NCBI GenBank assembly: GCA_002633005.1
Contig: NMRA01000401.1
Span: forward strand, 269,827-333,826
DNA: 64,000 nucleotides
Source of the DNA: Phoronis australis
Taxonomy: Eukaryota > Animalia > Phoronida
Reading direction: 5' to 3'
The notes below the pieces were generated by a model that was given only the letters and a program-made list of their open reading frames with translations, did not search any database and was not told the origin of the DNA. Position numbers and translations under genes: made by a program. Of this stretch, positions 24,370 through 36,142 are shown in pieces (the first letter of the stretch is position 1; every line of letters begins with the position of its first letter).

Positions 24370-27300
24370 TTGTCCGTATTGTCTCATCCCAACTGTGTTG
24401 AAAGTTAGTCCACTTACGAGGGTTTTTGAGAGTTGAATGGAGGCCCGGGAACTTGTAAGAAAGTCCAAAACGGGGAAGATCCGGGATATGGTCGGTGATA
24501 ACGATAACGACGAGTGACGCCTCGTCCGCGGAAGCGTTAACTTAGCAAACAGGAACATTTGGAACAAAGAAAAGAACGCAACATTGCGTTGGAAAGCGAA
24601 ATTAATACTCTTGTGAAGACAGTTGACATTTTTAACACCAGCAACCATGGATCTATTCGAAACGAATCGCGCCACATTATTTGAGAACATATTTGTAGGT
24701 TTATTTGAAACTAGGCAAAATGCAGCGAATGGAGTAAACGCCTGCAGGGTCCGCAAGTGATGTGATTTTGATTTGAATTTTGTCACGCATTGATAAATTT
24801 TCTAGTAGAGTTTCGAGTACGAGACCTAAGACCAGACCCAGAATATAGCTGATAGCAGTTTATGTTATTAAAATGAAATTATTGTGCATGCAAGTTTCGG
24901 ACTTTGTTACAAATGTGAGTTACTATATTAGCTTGGAACATGGTGTATTTCAATGTAGTATTTTTTCTCGATTTTACTGAATAATGGAAAACCAATTCCT
25001 AAATAAGGCGAGTTCGTCTCCAATCCTCAATTGTATAATGGTCGTGTGAGCGGTGGTGTGTCGTGTTCAACCGTACCGAACTTGTTTCATCTCAGTTTGA
25101 AGTTGAGTTTGTTTTGTGCCTTCAATAGTGCGAGCAGTCAGGCGGTGTTATTCTCAGCACGAAAACCCCCAGGGTTCAAATATACGTTGCTCCATAAGTG
25201 TGCGACAACGTCCGAACTACAGCGATCTTCGTTACATGTATTCGTACCTTCATTCAGAATTCTTTTGAAAGCACGATAGGTTCTGCAAATTAAAAGGGCA
25301 GCGAAATGTCAATAGGTTTGCTCTATGCCAGTACATACTATCAACGCGTTAGAAAAATTTCCCGGAGTCAGCATGAATCAGACAGCGGTTACTGGAAAGA
25401 AATTTACCCCCCTTGAAGGTTAAACCAATAAAATACATTACACTAGCACTCGCGTGAAATAGGTTGTCATTGATCATTCACAATCTCCTTCGACTCTTTG
25501 GACTGAACAAAACAGTCCCCTTGTTAGTTATTTTTTATCATCTTTCGTATTGAGAAATAAATACGTTTCCATCAGCGTGCAACTTTCATTCGTAATAATC
25601 TTCATTGACACCAGCATACGTCAGAAGTAGCCTCACGCCTTGAATTCCACGACTTGCTTGTGAAATTACTTGAGACAATCGTGACCAGTGGCTCTTGCAC
25701 CCATCAGCGACACGAATACAACGTCAAAAGGAGTAAGAGATAAATCAAGCCTTGGCGAACACCTTATGGAGTTGTGTATTGAGAATGGCAATACCTGTGT
25801 CGCCTTCCACATTTATAAATTCACATTAAGAAAATTTATGGCAACGTAATTTCGGGTGCAATAATTCACTTTTACTAAGGTCATTCGGTACGTAATTGTT
25901 TTCACTCATAAAATGGCTTGTGTCGTAATCACATATTTGATGTCTGAAAAAAATAATGATTTTTTATTAATACATGATCTGTGATTTACCTGAACAATCG
26001 GCGAAAATAATACAAAATGTATCTTTCCTGAACCAGCGGCCTAACGATTGTTTACGATCAGCGATTGTCCAAGTTCTGATCGGTCGAAAATCTCCCATTG
26101 ACTCTGATTGGTGGAAATTATCTGGCAATGCCAACATCGGTCGTTCGGTTGATTTATTTGTCGCCAGGATTTTAAATTTATAGAATTTAGTTGTTGACGG
26201 ATGCAGGGGTGTGAATGGGAACGTAAATTCTAGGGTTGTGCTAAAATGATTTAAAAAAGATATATAAATGCTACCTTTCTCGGCTATGAACAACACACGA
26301 TTGGGAAAACTCAAATTTATGAATAACGTGTTACCCATTTGACCAGTGAAACAATTATGCTGATAAAGCGCAAGGTTAAGGCATCATAGAAATTTTAAAG
26401 TAATCAAAAATCCCAAATTCTAGCCGTATTAAATTCGTACTTCCTCTCAAAAACCGACTTTTATCCAGGTCAAGTGTCGTTTTATAACTGGCTTCAAATT
26501 GTTCCCTACTCACATAAAGACGGATTGCCGGCTTTGGAAAAACTGACAGTTTCTTCCTGCTTCAGAGACTGATGAAATTTCAGGCTACGCCATTTATGGC
26601 CTGAGGATTATCATAGAATGTGACAGACTTGGAGCTATTTGTTTTGGCAAGAGCTATAAAACGACAAAATCAGTTGAATTTCTGTAATGTTATTACAAAT
26701 CGCCAATTCAAGCCGAAGCTGAAATCACTGCCGATGTCTACCATTAAACACGTTAAAATCCTCTGTTTAGTTAACACGTTCGACTGTTTCTGCCGATTTA
26801 GTGGGTTTATACTTCGCGTTGCTACTTATTTCTGTAAAATTATTTTACCGCTGAGAATGCCCCTTTAACACCCACCTTGACGTTGTCCCCTGGAACGCAC
26901 CTGCGCCCTTTCCGCTGGATTTGTCCTTATCAACTTCAATTGATATCCTGCAAACCATTACTTACTGCTAAGCTTATGTCGAACGCATAAATCGCTTTAC
27001 AACAATAAGTGACTTTTCACATATCTCATGTAAAGACATATATACACATCGTAGTTAAAGAAGTGTACGCTTCCATCACCTCTTTTCAAATCACTTATCT
27101 TAGGTTCCGCCCCAGACAAAGCCGTTGTTTAGTATTGTATCTTAATCAAATATTTTTGGTCACCGCGCCACTGCCCAAAGACGTGACACTTTGATTACCG
27201 CTTCATTCAAGTATTGTGATCAGTTTCAAACGCGCGCGTGGCGTTCCGCACTTTATTTGACACGTCGACCCTTGTTTGCCCCAGCAAGGAAAACGCTGAG

Positions 27301-28391
27301 AATGTAGTCTAATACGGCGTTCACACGAAGTCTGATCACGAGGCAAATTGGATGCCCGATTCCCGCCTGAAAAAGTTCTCATCTAAACTGTCGTCAGACG
27401 TGTACTTATCGTCTGCTCGATGTCAGAAGGAAGAACCACTTTCTTACCATGAAAGGGCTGCACTAAATAGCGAAGGAACTCGTGGTTAAATTTTGCTCGC
27501 CCATGCAGATCTCACGTGTAGAACAGCGTTCGCATGCAGTCAGTTCACAAGGCAAATCGAACGACTGCCATCTGCGAAATAGTCGTCTTGAGAATAGCCG
27601 TCAGATCCGAGTTATGTGTTAACAAATTAACAAATATGCCTTCTGGAGGAAGACAAGTGGTGACTAAGCCTTGTTCTCTCATAGTGATTGCACACGATTG
27701 GCCACATCATTGGCGTAGTGCTTGCGACAAGCCATTGGCTGCGTTGGACTTGACATTGTCAATGCCTCTGGCTGAATAACTCAGCGTAATCACGATAACA
27801 TTATGGGTAACTCAGCGTAATCAAATGGAAAGTGGTGGAGTAGAAGTTGTTGCAACCAACCGCGGCTCCTTTCACCTTCAAACGATTTTACTGACCTGTT
27901 CAAGATGACAATTTGACAAAGAGTCTCAACCTTGGACCTCATTGGAGTCGCACTTTTCGAGAATTTTTTACCTTTCTAAAGCTGTTTTCTTTTTAATAAA
28001 CAAGTGTTAATTTGTAGCGATTGACGATCTAGTTTGGCTTGTCTTACCACGTCTTATATTGCATTAAATAAATGCCGGCGAAGTGTCTAGCTACAGTTAC
28101 TGTGCGATTCTAAGATTCATTTTCCTACATGAAGCGCACGTCTGAATCGGGTCAAGCTGCTCTAGATGAAGTTGTTCTAAGGTAACCTGAATAGCATGGA
28201 CATGACGTAACTTGTGCCGTGCGACATTCCCTTTCTCGACCCTTGGGCTTGTTGGCATGACATCGTGGCCACAAGGAAAGTAGTTTTAAAATGCAACATT
28301 CACACTGTAATGAGGTTTTTGAAATGGAGTACGACGTTACAGTAACACACGTTGTCACACCCTTTGCTTGGCCCACGTTAGTGCTGCATTG

Positions 28392-28637
28392 CATGCGCGC
28401 ACCCGGGGGGGGGGTCGAGCCCCCCATTTGGGGAAGTGGGAAGAGGGCAAAAGGGTCCGCCTCAGAGAAACAAAAACTCCGAAAGAAGTAGGAGAGACAA
28501 AAATTTACTAAAAAGCAAAAACTATCAAAATTCCGCGAATGCACAATTCATAGCTCTGAACGTAACCCGTGAATATTGGTATAAGGTCCACGTTCTCAAA
28601 ATTCGAACCCCCCATTTTTAGGCTGGGTATGCGCAAG
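28392..28637 (+). mobile_element. MITE family C
   Basis: Same core (GGTCCGCCTCAGAGAAACAAAAA); perfect 5-bp duplication CATTG. Confidence 0.85.
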
Positions 28638-29199
28638 CATTGGTGGGGTCTCTAGCTGTGATCACGCTGCATCCGACCTGCATCGTGTGTTCACTATTCA
28701 CAATACTGCTTGGTTCAGCCAAAACTATACTCAACAAACGAGGGCGCAGCGAAAGAACGGACATCGCGTGTCGGATATTTTTAATTGGATATGGTGAGGA
28801 GTTGTATCCGAGTTGGAAACGGACGGTCTGGCGGACCAAACGCTTACAGCCTGGTCCACCGACACTACTTGAAATAGGTCTACGGTATCCGCAGGCGATG
28901 TACTGCCTAACCTTTGACGGGCCTTTGCACGTGATTATTTCCGACGGTGGATCGAACTTATGATCTGCCTTATGATCAAACGACATGTGAAAACTGCACG
29001 AGACTATAATTAACATAATTGTAATTTCCAAACGAACTAAAATAATGTTAATGGCATTGAATCTAGCTGTAGTAGCAATCGAGAGCCTACTCGCTTCACG
29101 CCGTACTTCATATAAAGTTAGGAACGCCTTCTCGATGTATCAACTTTAAAAAGTAGCGTTTTACAATACGAGCTGTTAGTAATCATTTCATGAAGAATA

Positions 29200-29610
29200 T
29201 AAATCGGTAAATAAAACAACAAGAATGGATCAACTGAAATTTGAAATTTTCGGATGTAATAACTTACTTTGTCAACAAAAACAGAAATAAAGTAAAATCA
29301 AACACAAAATGACAATTGACATATAAGATATGGTGTAATGAAAATGATACATTTTTGCGTAAAAAATTCAATGACATATTTTAAGAAGTTTTTATGTTCA
29401 ATCCATGAGGTTCTATTGTATTAAGTTTGTCTATCCAATATTGTTCTCTTTTGAGTCTGTGAGGGGTACTGGGGTGTTGGAGTTTTTCTATTATTTGTAC
29501 AGAAAGATCTTGAATATTATGGTTTTTGGAACTGAAATGATTACCTATAGTATCAGAAATGTTTTTATGTATTATGTTAAATCTAGGATTACGAAACCGA
29601 GTTTCAAAAA
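29200..29610 (-). mobile_element. Penelope-like element 3' remnant (GIY-YIG endonuclease C-terminus plus 3' region)
   Basis: IGNHFSSKNHNIQDLSVQIIEKL...RLKREQYWIDKLNTIEPHGLN (stop at 29381) is the typical PLE endonuclease end, followed by a T-rich 3' region. Confidence 0.85.
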
Positions 29611-32355
29611 TGTGTGATCTATAGTGCCATATCATTTGGACAATTTAAGTAAACTGTTGCAAAATGTACAGAGGGCTCCGCGTTGCACATCAGTGAATGG
29701 TCGCAATAGGGATTTATTATTCACTAAGTCAATATTTTCATCTGATTCGTCTTGAAATGCGTGTTCCTCTCCGCGATTACTTTTGTAAAATAATATAACG
29801 TTGTGACTTGTAACGAAATTGTTGAACCATGTGATGAACCATTCAGAGAAACGTTACGACCATTTTGCCCTGATACAGAATGCTATAGTGACATTGGACC
29901 TACTTTTATGCAAGAAGCACGCCATTTTCTACTCTTGGCATCAAATTTCCTGAACAAGATTAAGCCCACCGAGTCTGCGTTAACTGGCATGTTTTTATAC
30001 CATAGTGGGTTCAGGTCGGATGAAAGATTCACAATGTATTTTTTCGTACAGAACATCACATTATTCATTTCAACTTAAGTGTACTTCTAGTTTGATGCAT
30101 GTTGTCTTAAGTGCGGAATAATATTTTTCGGAAATACCATTTCACATTTTTAATTGCAAACATCCTAACCAATTTACGCACAAATTAATCAACTCTAAGA
30201 AGCAAATTTGGAAATCGGTGTAAGCGGGTTTCAAGATAGGGATTACGAAGGAAGACAGTGTACAGTAATCTTATCGTGAAGCTTACAATGTTACCTTAGC
30301 GTCTGAAAAGGGTGGATTATTGGCCAAAGGCGAAGGATTAAACTCAGACATAAATCGGAAGGCATGATTGTTCTGTATTACCATTTGTGAGAAATAAATG
30401 GCAAGTTTATTTAACCTATTTGAATGGTGTTGAGTCAAAACATGAAATATCAAAAGATGCGTGTTCCCGAAGTCGGATTTTAAGTATAACCTTCCCACAA
30501 AGTGGCTGTCGTGTTACGCTAAGGACAGCACGATAACCGCCGCGGGTGCGGCAGTTACAAAATTTTAAGCAAATGTTGCCTAATTCAGACGACACCCTCG
30601 GGGGCAACTGTGGCCTGACTAGATAGTTTAGGGTTTCAAGCAGCAAAATCCTTACAGCTTGTACAATCATAAACCATAATTTAAACTATAACCAATGACG
30701 TGACAATCAACATAACAAAACCTAACGTCATTTAATGAGTGCATACTATTTAGGGTAGAACGTGACGCATTTTTAGCAGTATGGTTTCACTTTTGGCGTG
30801 TTCATGGAGCTTGTAATTCCACGAAGAGGGAGTTATACGAAAAACTAGCGGCCCATATGAAGAGTCTGCAAATGCTGTATTTAAGCTATTTTGAAAAGTA
30901 TTTTACATAGGATACAAAAGAAAATGTTCAAATACTGGGAAGTTTCGTAGATACAAGAATCTCGCCGAATAAGCTAGTGATAACGTGCTTTACATGTTAA
31001 ATGACGATATCTCGTGTCCTTGCGTTTTCGCACGAATTTAATCGATAGAGAACGCATGTCTGTTCTTGACTGGAATGTGTAAATTTGTCAGCTTTCATGC
31101 AGGGCGCACGTCAAGCGATTTACCGTGCAGAGGCTCCGACTATTAGCGGCTAACCAGTGACACTGTAAACTGACGGATCGGAGTGATGCAGATACAATAT
31201 TAGAAGTAGTAGCATTGAAACTGATTATTATTAATAGGACAATGCCTGAAAAATTCAATAAAGAATTAATAGCTATGACTACAACTTCAAGTTTAATAAA
31301 ATCGTCGCCACGATAACACAGTTCCAGTCAGGGGACATTATTGTTTTTACGCCGAGAATATTGTTGCACGGGACAAGCTTCTTGACAGTGATCAGATTTG
31401 ATCAGAGCTACAAAACAATAAAATCAGTTGTTTTTGTGATATTATTGCACATCGTCAATTCTCGGCGATATCTGGCCTCCATTCTGTGTTTCGAGGTAGG
31501 ACTTACCTAAGCTAGGCAACAAAGTGCTGGCTGCGTTCGCTGCGACCACCAAGTTTGATTCCGCCCTGTGGCTGATCTAAAAAAAATCTCTTCTCTTTTT
31601 GACGACGATGCCATTTTCAAGTATATGCAGACTAATCCGATTCTGGTGTCAAAAAACAAAACCAAAAAAAAACAGTGTCTCAGCCACGAAGCCAAAATCC
31701 TTTGCATTCCGGAAAACCGAACCGTTTGCTATGAAAACATTGGTCGTGTTTTCCCTGGAGATTCTGTTAGTGGAAGGGTTGACAGGGACGTGACGCCAAT
31801 TTGGGAGTGCATTTCGTCCTTTCAGATCTTCAGTAAGGTATCTGCTCTATTATGCATCATCTCGGGTGTGTTCTTCGGTTTTGTGACATTGTCTACGTTG
31901 GCCAACGCAAGGTTGCATAATCTAGCTGAGGACACTAAAACCTACGCCCTTCCCCGTTTCACTAGAACGCGCAAACATGGATAGGCCTACTCTTCGTGAG
32001 TTCGATACGAGCGGTGTCCTTGGTTCTAGCGAGAGATGTCATTTGCCAGAACAGGTTATTGTATTAAAAACGCGCGTGGCGGACTGGTTATTGGCCCACT
32101 TGAAATACATTTGAAAAAGTTCATTAACAGTATTTCTTAAACTATTTCATCAAGACCTTGTGCCAAAATATGTAGTTTTGGCAACGAAGTCGGGCGTACT
32201 GCACGGCCATGCTTTGTCTCGGACGTGACTAAGTGTCGCCATATCCCGTTTTTACATAAATCTGATGCGTCATAACATTAAGAGCACGCACGTTTTGCGA
32301 AGAGTAGTATCATAGCAGAGACTAGACAACCCCGACCTATTCTGGCTCATCATTG

Positions 32356-32498
32356 CAAAGGCAGATCCAGGATTTTAAGTTGGGGGGGGGGGCAAGACAG
32401 AGTATAAGCCAGGATTTTGCCAGTCGGACATTCGCACCCCGAACTGCAAAATGGAATCTGGGAGAATTTTAGGGAGGTCCCCTTTAAATCCGCCACTT
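32356..32498 (+). mobile_element. MITE family B
   Basis: Same core; flanks CATTG/AATTG. Confidence 0.8.
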
Positions 32499-33348
32499 AA
32501 TTGGTCATTGTAATGGCGTCAAGTAACTTAGCAACGAAAATTGGCCCTCCCAACTGGACACCAGTGGCGGCAGCACATTGTCCAGGAAAACTGCGCTGGT
32601 GTTATCCCGTAATGTGCACATTTAGTACGGACTAACATTTATCTAGTTAACTCAGTAACTTTTTATAAAAGAAAGTCAATATTCCTGAACTTGACTGTAA
32701 TTTCGTTTTGCATGAAGCCGATTTCTCTTTGGACACTGGGACGACGCTACCTTATGTGTGTAAATGGGTTCTGTGGTAAAGGACGTGGAAATGTCTCGGG
32801 CTGAGTTTTTCATCATTTGATAGCTTCTCATCAGATACCCATTTTCCCAGGTCTTGTGTTGGCAGCGCTACTAATACAGGAGGACACTCTTTGTACAAAA
32901 GTTGGAGTACAAAATGACAGACTTACACTTGCACACTTCGGTTAAGAACTTATAACATCGACAGTTATATTATCTTGTAAATAACCAAAACCAAAACGAG
33001 TTAACGTGACGCTTGTACCGCACTGGAATGCTCAAAGAATTAACTCTCCAGTGACGTCATTAAAATTCTGTCACAAGGCGAGAGAACAAATTGAATTCAG
33101 CAAAGCAATAAGTACCTCCAGGAATTTTTTTAAAAAGATCGGATCAAGGATTTTTTAAAAAGAAGAGCCCAAGTCAATGATTTGAAAATTCTAGATTTCT
33201 GGACCCCTTGACAACCATGCCAATAAGTACCTCAACAACCAGTAGCCCGTTTTCCAGAAATTTGTTGATTTTTCACCACTATATCGTTAAATGGTTTCAT
33301 GTATATATACATAAGACAAGACTTATAGTTGCATAACAAAATAAAAAC

Positions 33349-33354
33349 TTTATT
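33349..33354 (-). terminator. Probable polyadenylation signal (AATAAA) of Hes
   Basis: + strand TTTATT about 370 nt downstream of the stop codon, followed on the - strand by T/GT-rich sequence. Confidence 0.6.
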
Positions 33355-33501
33355 CACTCTCAATATACTCTTAGCAATAATAGTAATAAAATCTATGTAC
33401 AATCCTGGAAGAACTTCGATTTTGTATTGAGATCCTTTTGGCAACTAACTGTTAAAATATGATCAATAGAAACAATTCCATTTCAAACTTCAACACCTAT
33501 A

Positions 33502-33508
33502 ATCACAG
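33502..33508 (-). promoter_or_regulatory. K-box (CTGTGAT, miR-2 family seed match) in the Hes 3' UTR
   Basis: + strand ATCACAG lies between the stop codon and the putative polyA signal. Confidence 0.5.
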
Positions 33509-33721
33509 ATACACTCGAACAAGAATACAATCAGCCATACCAGAAGGTGCCGTTGGGCATAACGGCTCAAGACACATGTGGACGACAGATGAATCCCATT
33601 CGTCCTGTAAGACTCGACTCACTCAACACGATTCTGAATACAAATTCACTCGACTAGAAAGCGCAGCACAGCACAGCGTCGTAGGACGTCACGAATGTCT
33701 ACAGTGAGCTGCCAGCAACTT

Positions 33722-34437
33722 TCACCACGGTCTCCATACTTGTTTCCTCTCTAATAAAGGAGGCGGAGAACTTCCAAACATCTGTTGTGGCGAGATGTTG
33801 CTCGGCAGCATCAAAAATGGAGCAGAAATATTGAGTACGTTCTCTGTTGGTGCCGCCGGCCTGATTGGCGTTACAGATGATTGTTGGACTGGCGATGTCT
33901 TGGGCACAGGCTGAGGCGCGGTGGCGACAGAACAGTTTGAGGGCGCGGATGGACTACCAACAGCAGGACTGGCGTAAACAGGAATCACGTAGCTCTGTGT
34001 TTGGTTGCCACCTAGAACGTTTCCTGGTACAACAAAACTTAATTCTCCAGTTGGTAAACGAGCGGGAACAATCTGTATACCACTGAATACTTTTGCTTGA
34101 TCACTGCTAACCACTACGTTGGCTTGATTTTGGCGTATGTGACTGACTGCATGTCCTTGTTGGTAAGTACCAACAGTAGACGGGTTTAACTCCATGTTGC
34201 TGAGCTGGTAACCCGTCTGAACGTTGACCGGCAGGCAGGCAGAGGCGCTGGACACGGGTAATCCTTGACTACTTGGTGGAGTATTTTGGACACGTCTGGC
34301 AAGATGATTCAGCAATCGCGTGCGAAGTTCAACGTCAACTCCATCTATCGTACTCAAGTAGCGACTGACTTCTGTAGCACATTCACTAAATCCGGCATGA
34401 TATTTATTTAATGTCGATGGATCGCTGGAGACGGCAA
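33722..34437 (-). CDS. hes1: Hes coding exon 4 (Orange domain, P/S-rich region, WRPW)
   Basis: ctttgcag acceptor. Orange motif [17 protein letters not shown], an [12 protein letters not shown] motif typical of hairy/HES1, and WRPW-stop (Groucho/TLE-binding). Confidence 0.96.
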
Positions 34438-35662
34438 CTGCAAAGCAAAGAATTCTTAGTTTACACGAAAGTTCAAAACAATCAGAGAAATACAGTTGCA
34501 GACCCGAAAATCATTTACCTTTTTAAGAAGACCTCTAAATCAAACAAACTACGACATTGGATTTGCCTGGACACGACATAAATTACCGTAACTCTGCGCG
34601 ACACGTGCCAAAGATCAGAACGTCATGATCAGACAAGTCTGTTGTCAAGGGAGGTGAGGTGTCACGATGGTTGCGGAAGTTTATGCAATTTTATAACAAA
34701 AATGCTCTACCTCACTCGCCATTTAAATTGATGGATAGGATTTTAAACGTGTTAGCTCGTTAGGACTAACGTTGCACGACCTCATTAAAATTCTAAGAAC
34801 TCTTTTAGGCTCAACCGGAATACAAGAGAAATAAAAACAACTGATTTCGTCAATGGAAGAAATTAAATGTGTAATTTGTTGCAATATCGATAGGTTATCT
34901 ATCTCTGTTTGGGCATGTACCTGAAAACTGTTGTCTTTGTATGTTTTTTAAATGTTTCACAGTCATCTCCAATATGTCAGCTTTTTCCATTTTTGAATGT
35001 CTTGAGCCCTGTAATTAAGAAAATAAGTGAAACTTGGTGGGTAACAACCATAAATTAAATAATGTATGCCTCACAACCACGCTATAAATTCACTGTTCTA
35101 AAAAGCCCCGTCACAGACCGTGGGAAAACTTAGTCATGAATAGTCGAACTGGCACAAGCGGTCTTACTTGTGTTTATCTAACACTGAACTGTAAATAAAC
35201 CCGGTCTTTATACTATTGTAACTGGCCAGTAAAGTTTGATAGCAAGAAAAAGTCTCTGTGTTGAATTGTATACAGACACAATGAAACAGCTGTTTGGTAA
35301 GAGTATACACATAATATTTGGAAAGGCATGGATCAAAATCAGTCGTCAGTTTGGCATAACCACTACTCCTCCGTACCTCTTTTTTCAGAACTTCCAAAAG
35401 CAAAGCTTTCAATTCTGACAAACTCGCGTTTATTCTGGCCCTTCGTCTCTTTTCCATAATCGGCTTGGCACTCTGAAATAACGATGCAGATGTAGGATAC
35501 ACTGGGTGACAATAAATAATGAAAAAGTTGTAATAAAAATACTTATTATTTACGTGTGATTAAAATGCATAAAACTGTGAAATAACTTACCTTTCTGCTC
35601 TCCTTATTAGGACTTTCAGGCGAATTTTCTGTCTTCATTTTGGCGTCTTCTGAAGCAGTCAT
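33722..35662 (-). CDS. hes1: Hairy/Enhancer of split (HES1/HES4/hairy-like) bHLH-Orange repressor, 4 coding exons, 323 aa
   Basis: Exons 35591-35662, 35377-35472, 34921-35008 and 33722-34437 join in frame (72+96+88+716 = 972 nt) with GT-AG introns. Protein: MTASEDAK...ESRK|[32 protein letters not shown]|[29 protein letters not shown]|[47 protein letters not shown]...VWRPW*. The family is clear; exact orthology within Hes is not resolved. Confidence 0.96.
34600..34610 (-). promoter_or_regulatory. High-affinity Hes/E(spl)-type site (TGGCACGTGTC) in Hes intron 3
   Basis: Matches 11 of 12 positions of the E(spl) optimal site TGGCACGTGYYA. Confidence 0.4.
34921..35008 (-). CDS. hes1: Hes coding exon 3 (loop and helix 2)
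   Basis: ttacag acceptor and CAG|gtacat donor; 88 nt; encodes [16 protein letters not shown]. Confidence 0.96.
35119..35126 (+). promoter_or_regulatory. Su(H)/CSL site in Hes intron 2
   Basis: Perfect CGTGGGAA. Confidence 0.5.
35377..35472 (-). CDS. hes1: Hes coding exon 2 (basic region and helix 1)
   Basis: tttcag acceptor and GAG|gtacgg donor; 96 nt. [13 protein letters not shown] carries the Hes-diagnostic proline in the basic region. Confidence 0.96.
35591..35662 (-). CDS. hes1: Hes coding exon 1 ([24 protein letters not shown])
   Basis: ATG at 35662-35660 in an AAAAAATGA context. Ends AAG|gtaagt, phase 0, at the usual Hes intron position after RK. Confidence 0.88.
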
Positions 35663-35740
35663 TTTTTGCGTTGCAGAGATTGCATGTGTTGGAATGTGCA
35701 GTGTCTATGGGAATGTAAACTACGGTGTAGTTGCGCGGGG

Positions 35741-36142
35741 CATAAATACCGATAGACTTATCTTTTGCACCTTTTGTAAGCACAGGTATGACGCATAGGC
35801 TGAATCGTGGGAAAGTTGAGCCCACATGGAAATACCTGAGCAGTAGACCAATCAACATCCTGGCCGTTATCATAGCTCGTGTGCGACGCGTTGCCATTGG
35901 ACGACTGCTTGCTGAACGGCCCGTCACGGTGTGTCGGGACAGTAATTCAGATGTCAATCATACCTTATCGCTATTGTAATGTAAACTAGAAGCACGTGCG
36001 GCTACCTTTGTGGTAGTGTGGGAAAACCACGCCCCCTAAGTGTTGACTTTGGCCACCTGTAAACAGTTTTTTCATATGCCACAGGTGATATGACGATACC
36101 TAATCTTAACGATTGTGCGTAGAGCGCTGTGAAGCGTGGGAA
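35741..36142 (-). promoter_or_regulatory. Hes proximal promoter with Su(H)/CSL sites, N-box, E-boxes, CCAAT and a TATA-like element
   Basis: YGTGGGAA at 35806-13, 36017-24 and 36135-42; CACGAG (-) at 35876-81; GCACGTGC at 35992-99; CACCTG 36054-59 and CAGGTG 36082-87; CCAAT 35848-52; TATTTA(-) at about 35743-48. Confidence 0.65.

Noticed and set aside
27777-27823. 16-bp direct repeat (TAACTCAGCGTAATCA x2) as a mini-array
   Set aside because: Only two units; best explained as a local duplication.
28640-28963. 107-aa ORF next to a MITE
   Set aside because: No motif recognised and no clear splice signals.
31568-31984. 138-aa ORF
   Set aside because: GTG start, no domain recognised; likely a chance frame.
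35164-35502. 112-aa ORF as a stand-alone gene
   Set aside because: It is Hes exon 2 read through into the flanking introns.
35806-35840. Canonical Su(H) paired site
   Set aside because: The nearby CCCACA is only about 5-7 bp away and degenerate; there is no inverted site at 15-17 bp.
35616-35979. ORFs overlapping the Hes promoter and 5' UTR
   Set aside because: No recognisable protein, and out of frame with or antisense to the spliced Hes CDS.
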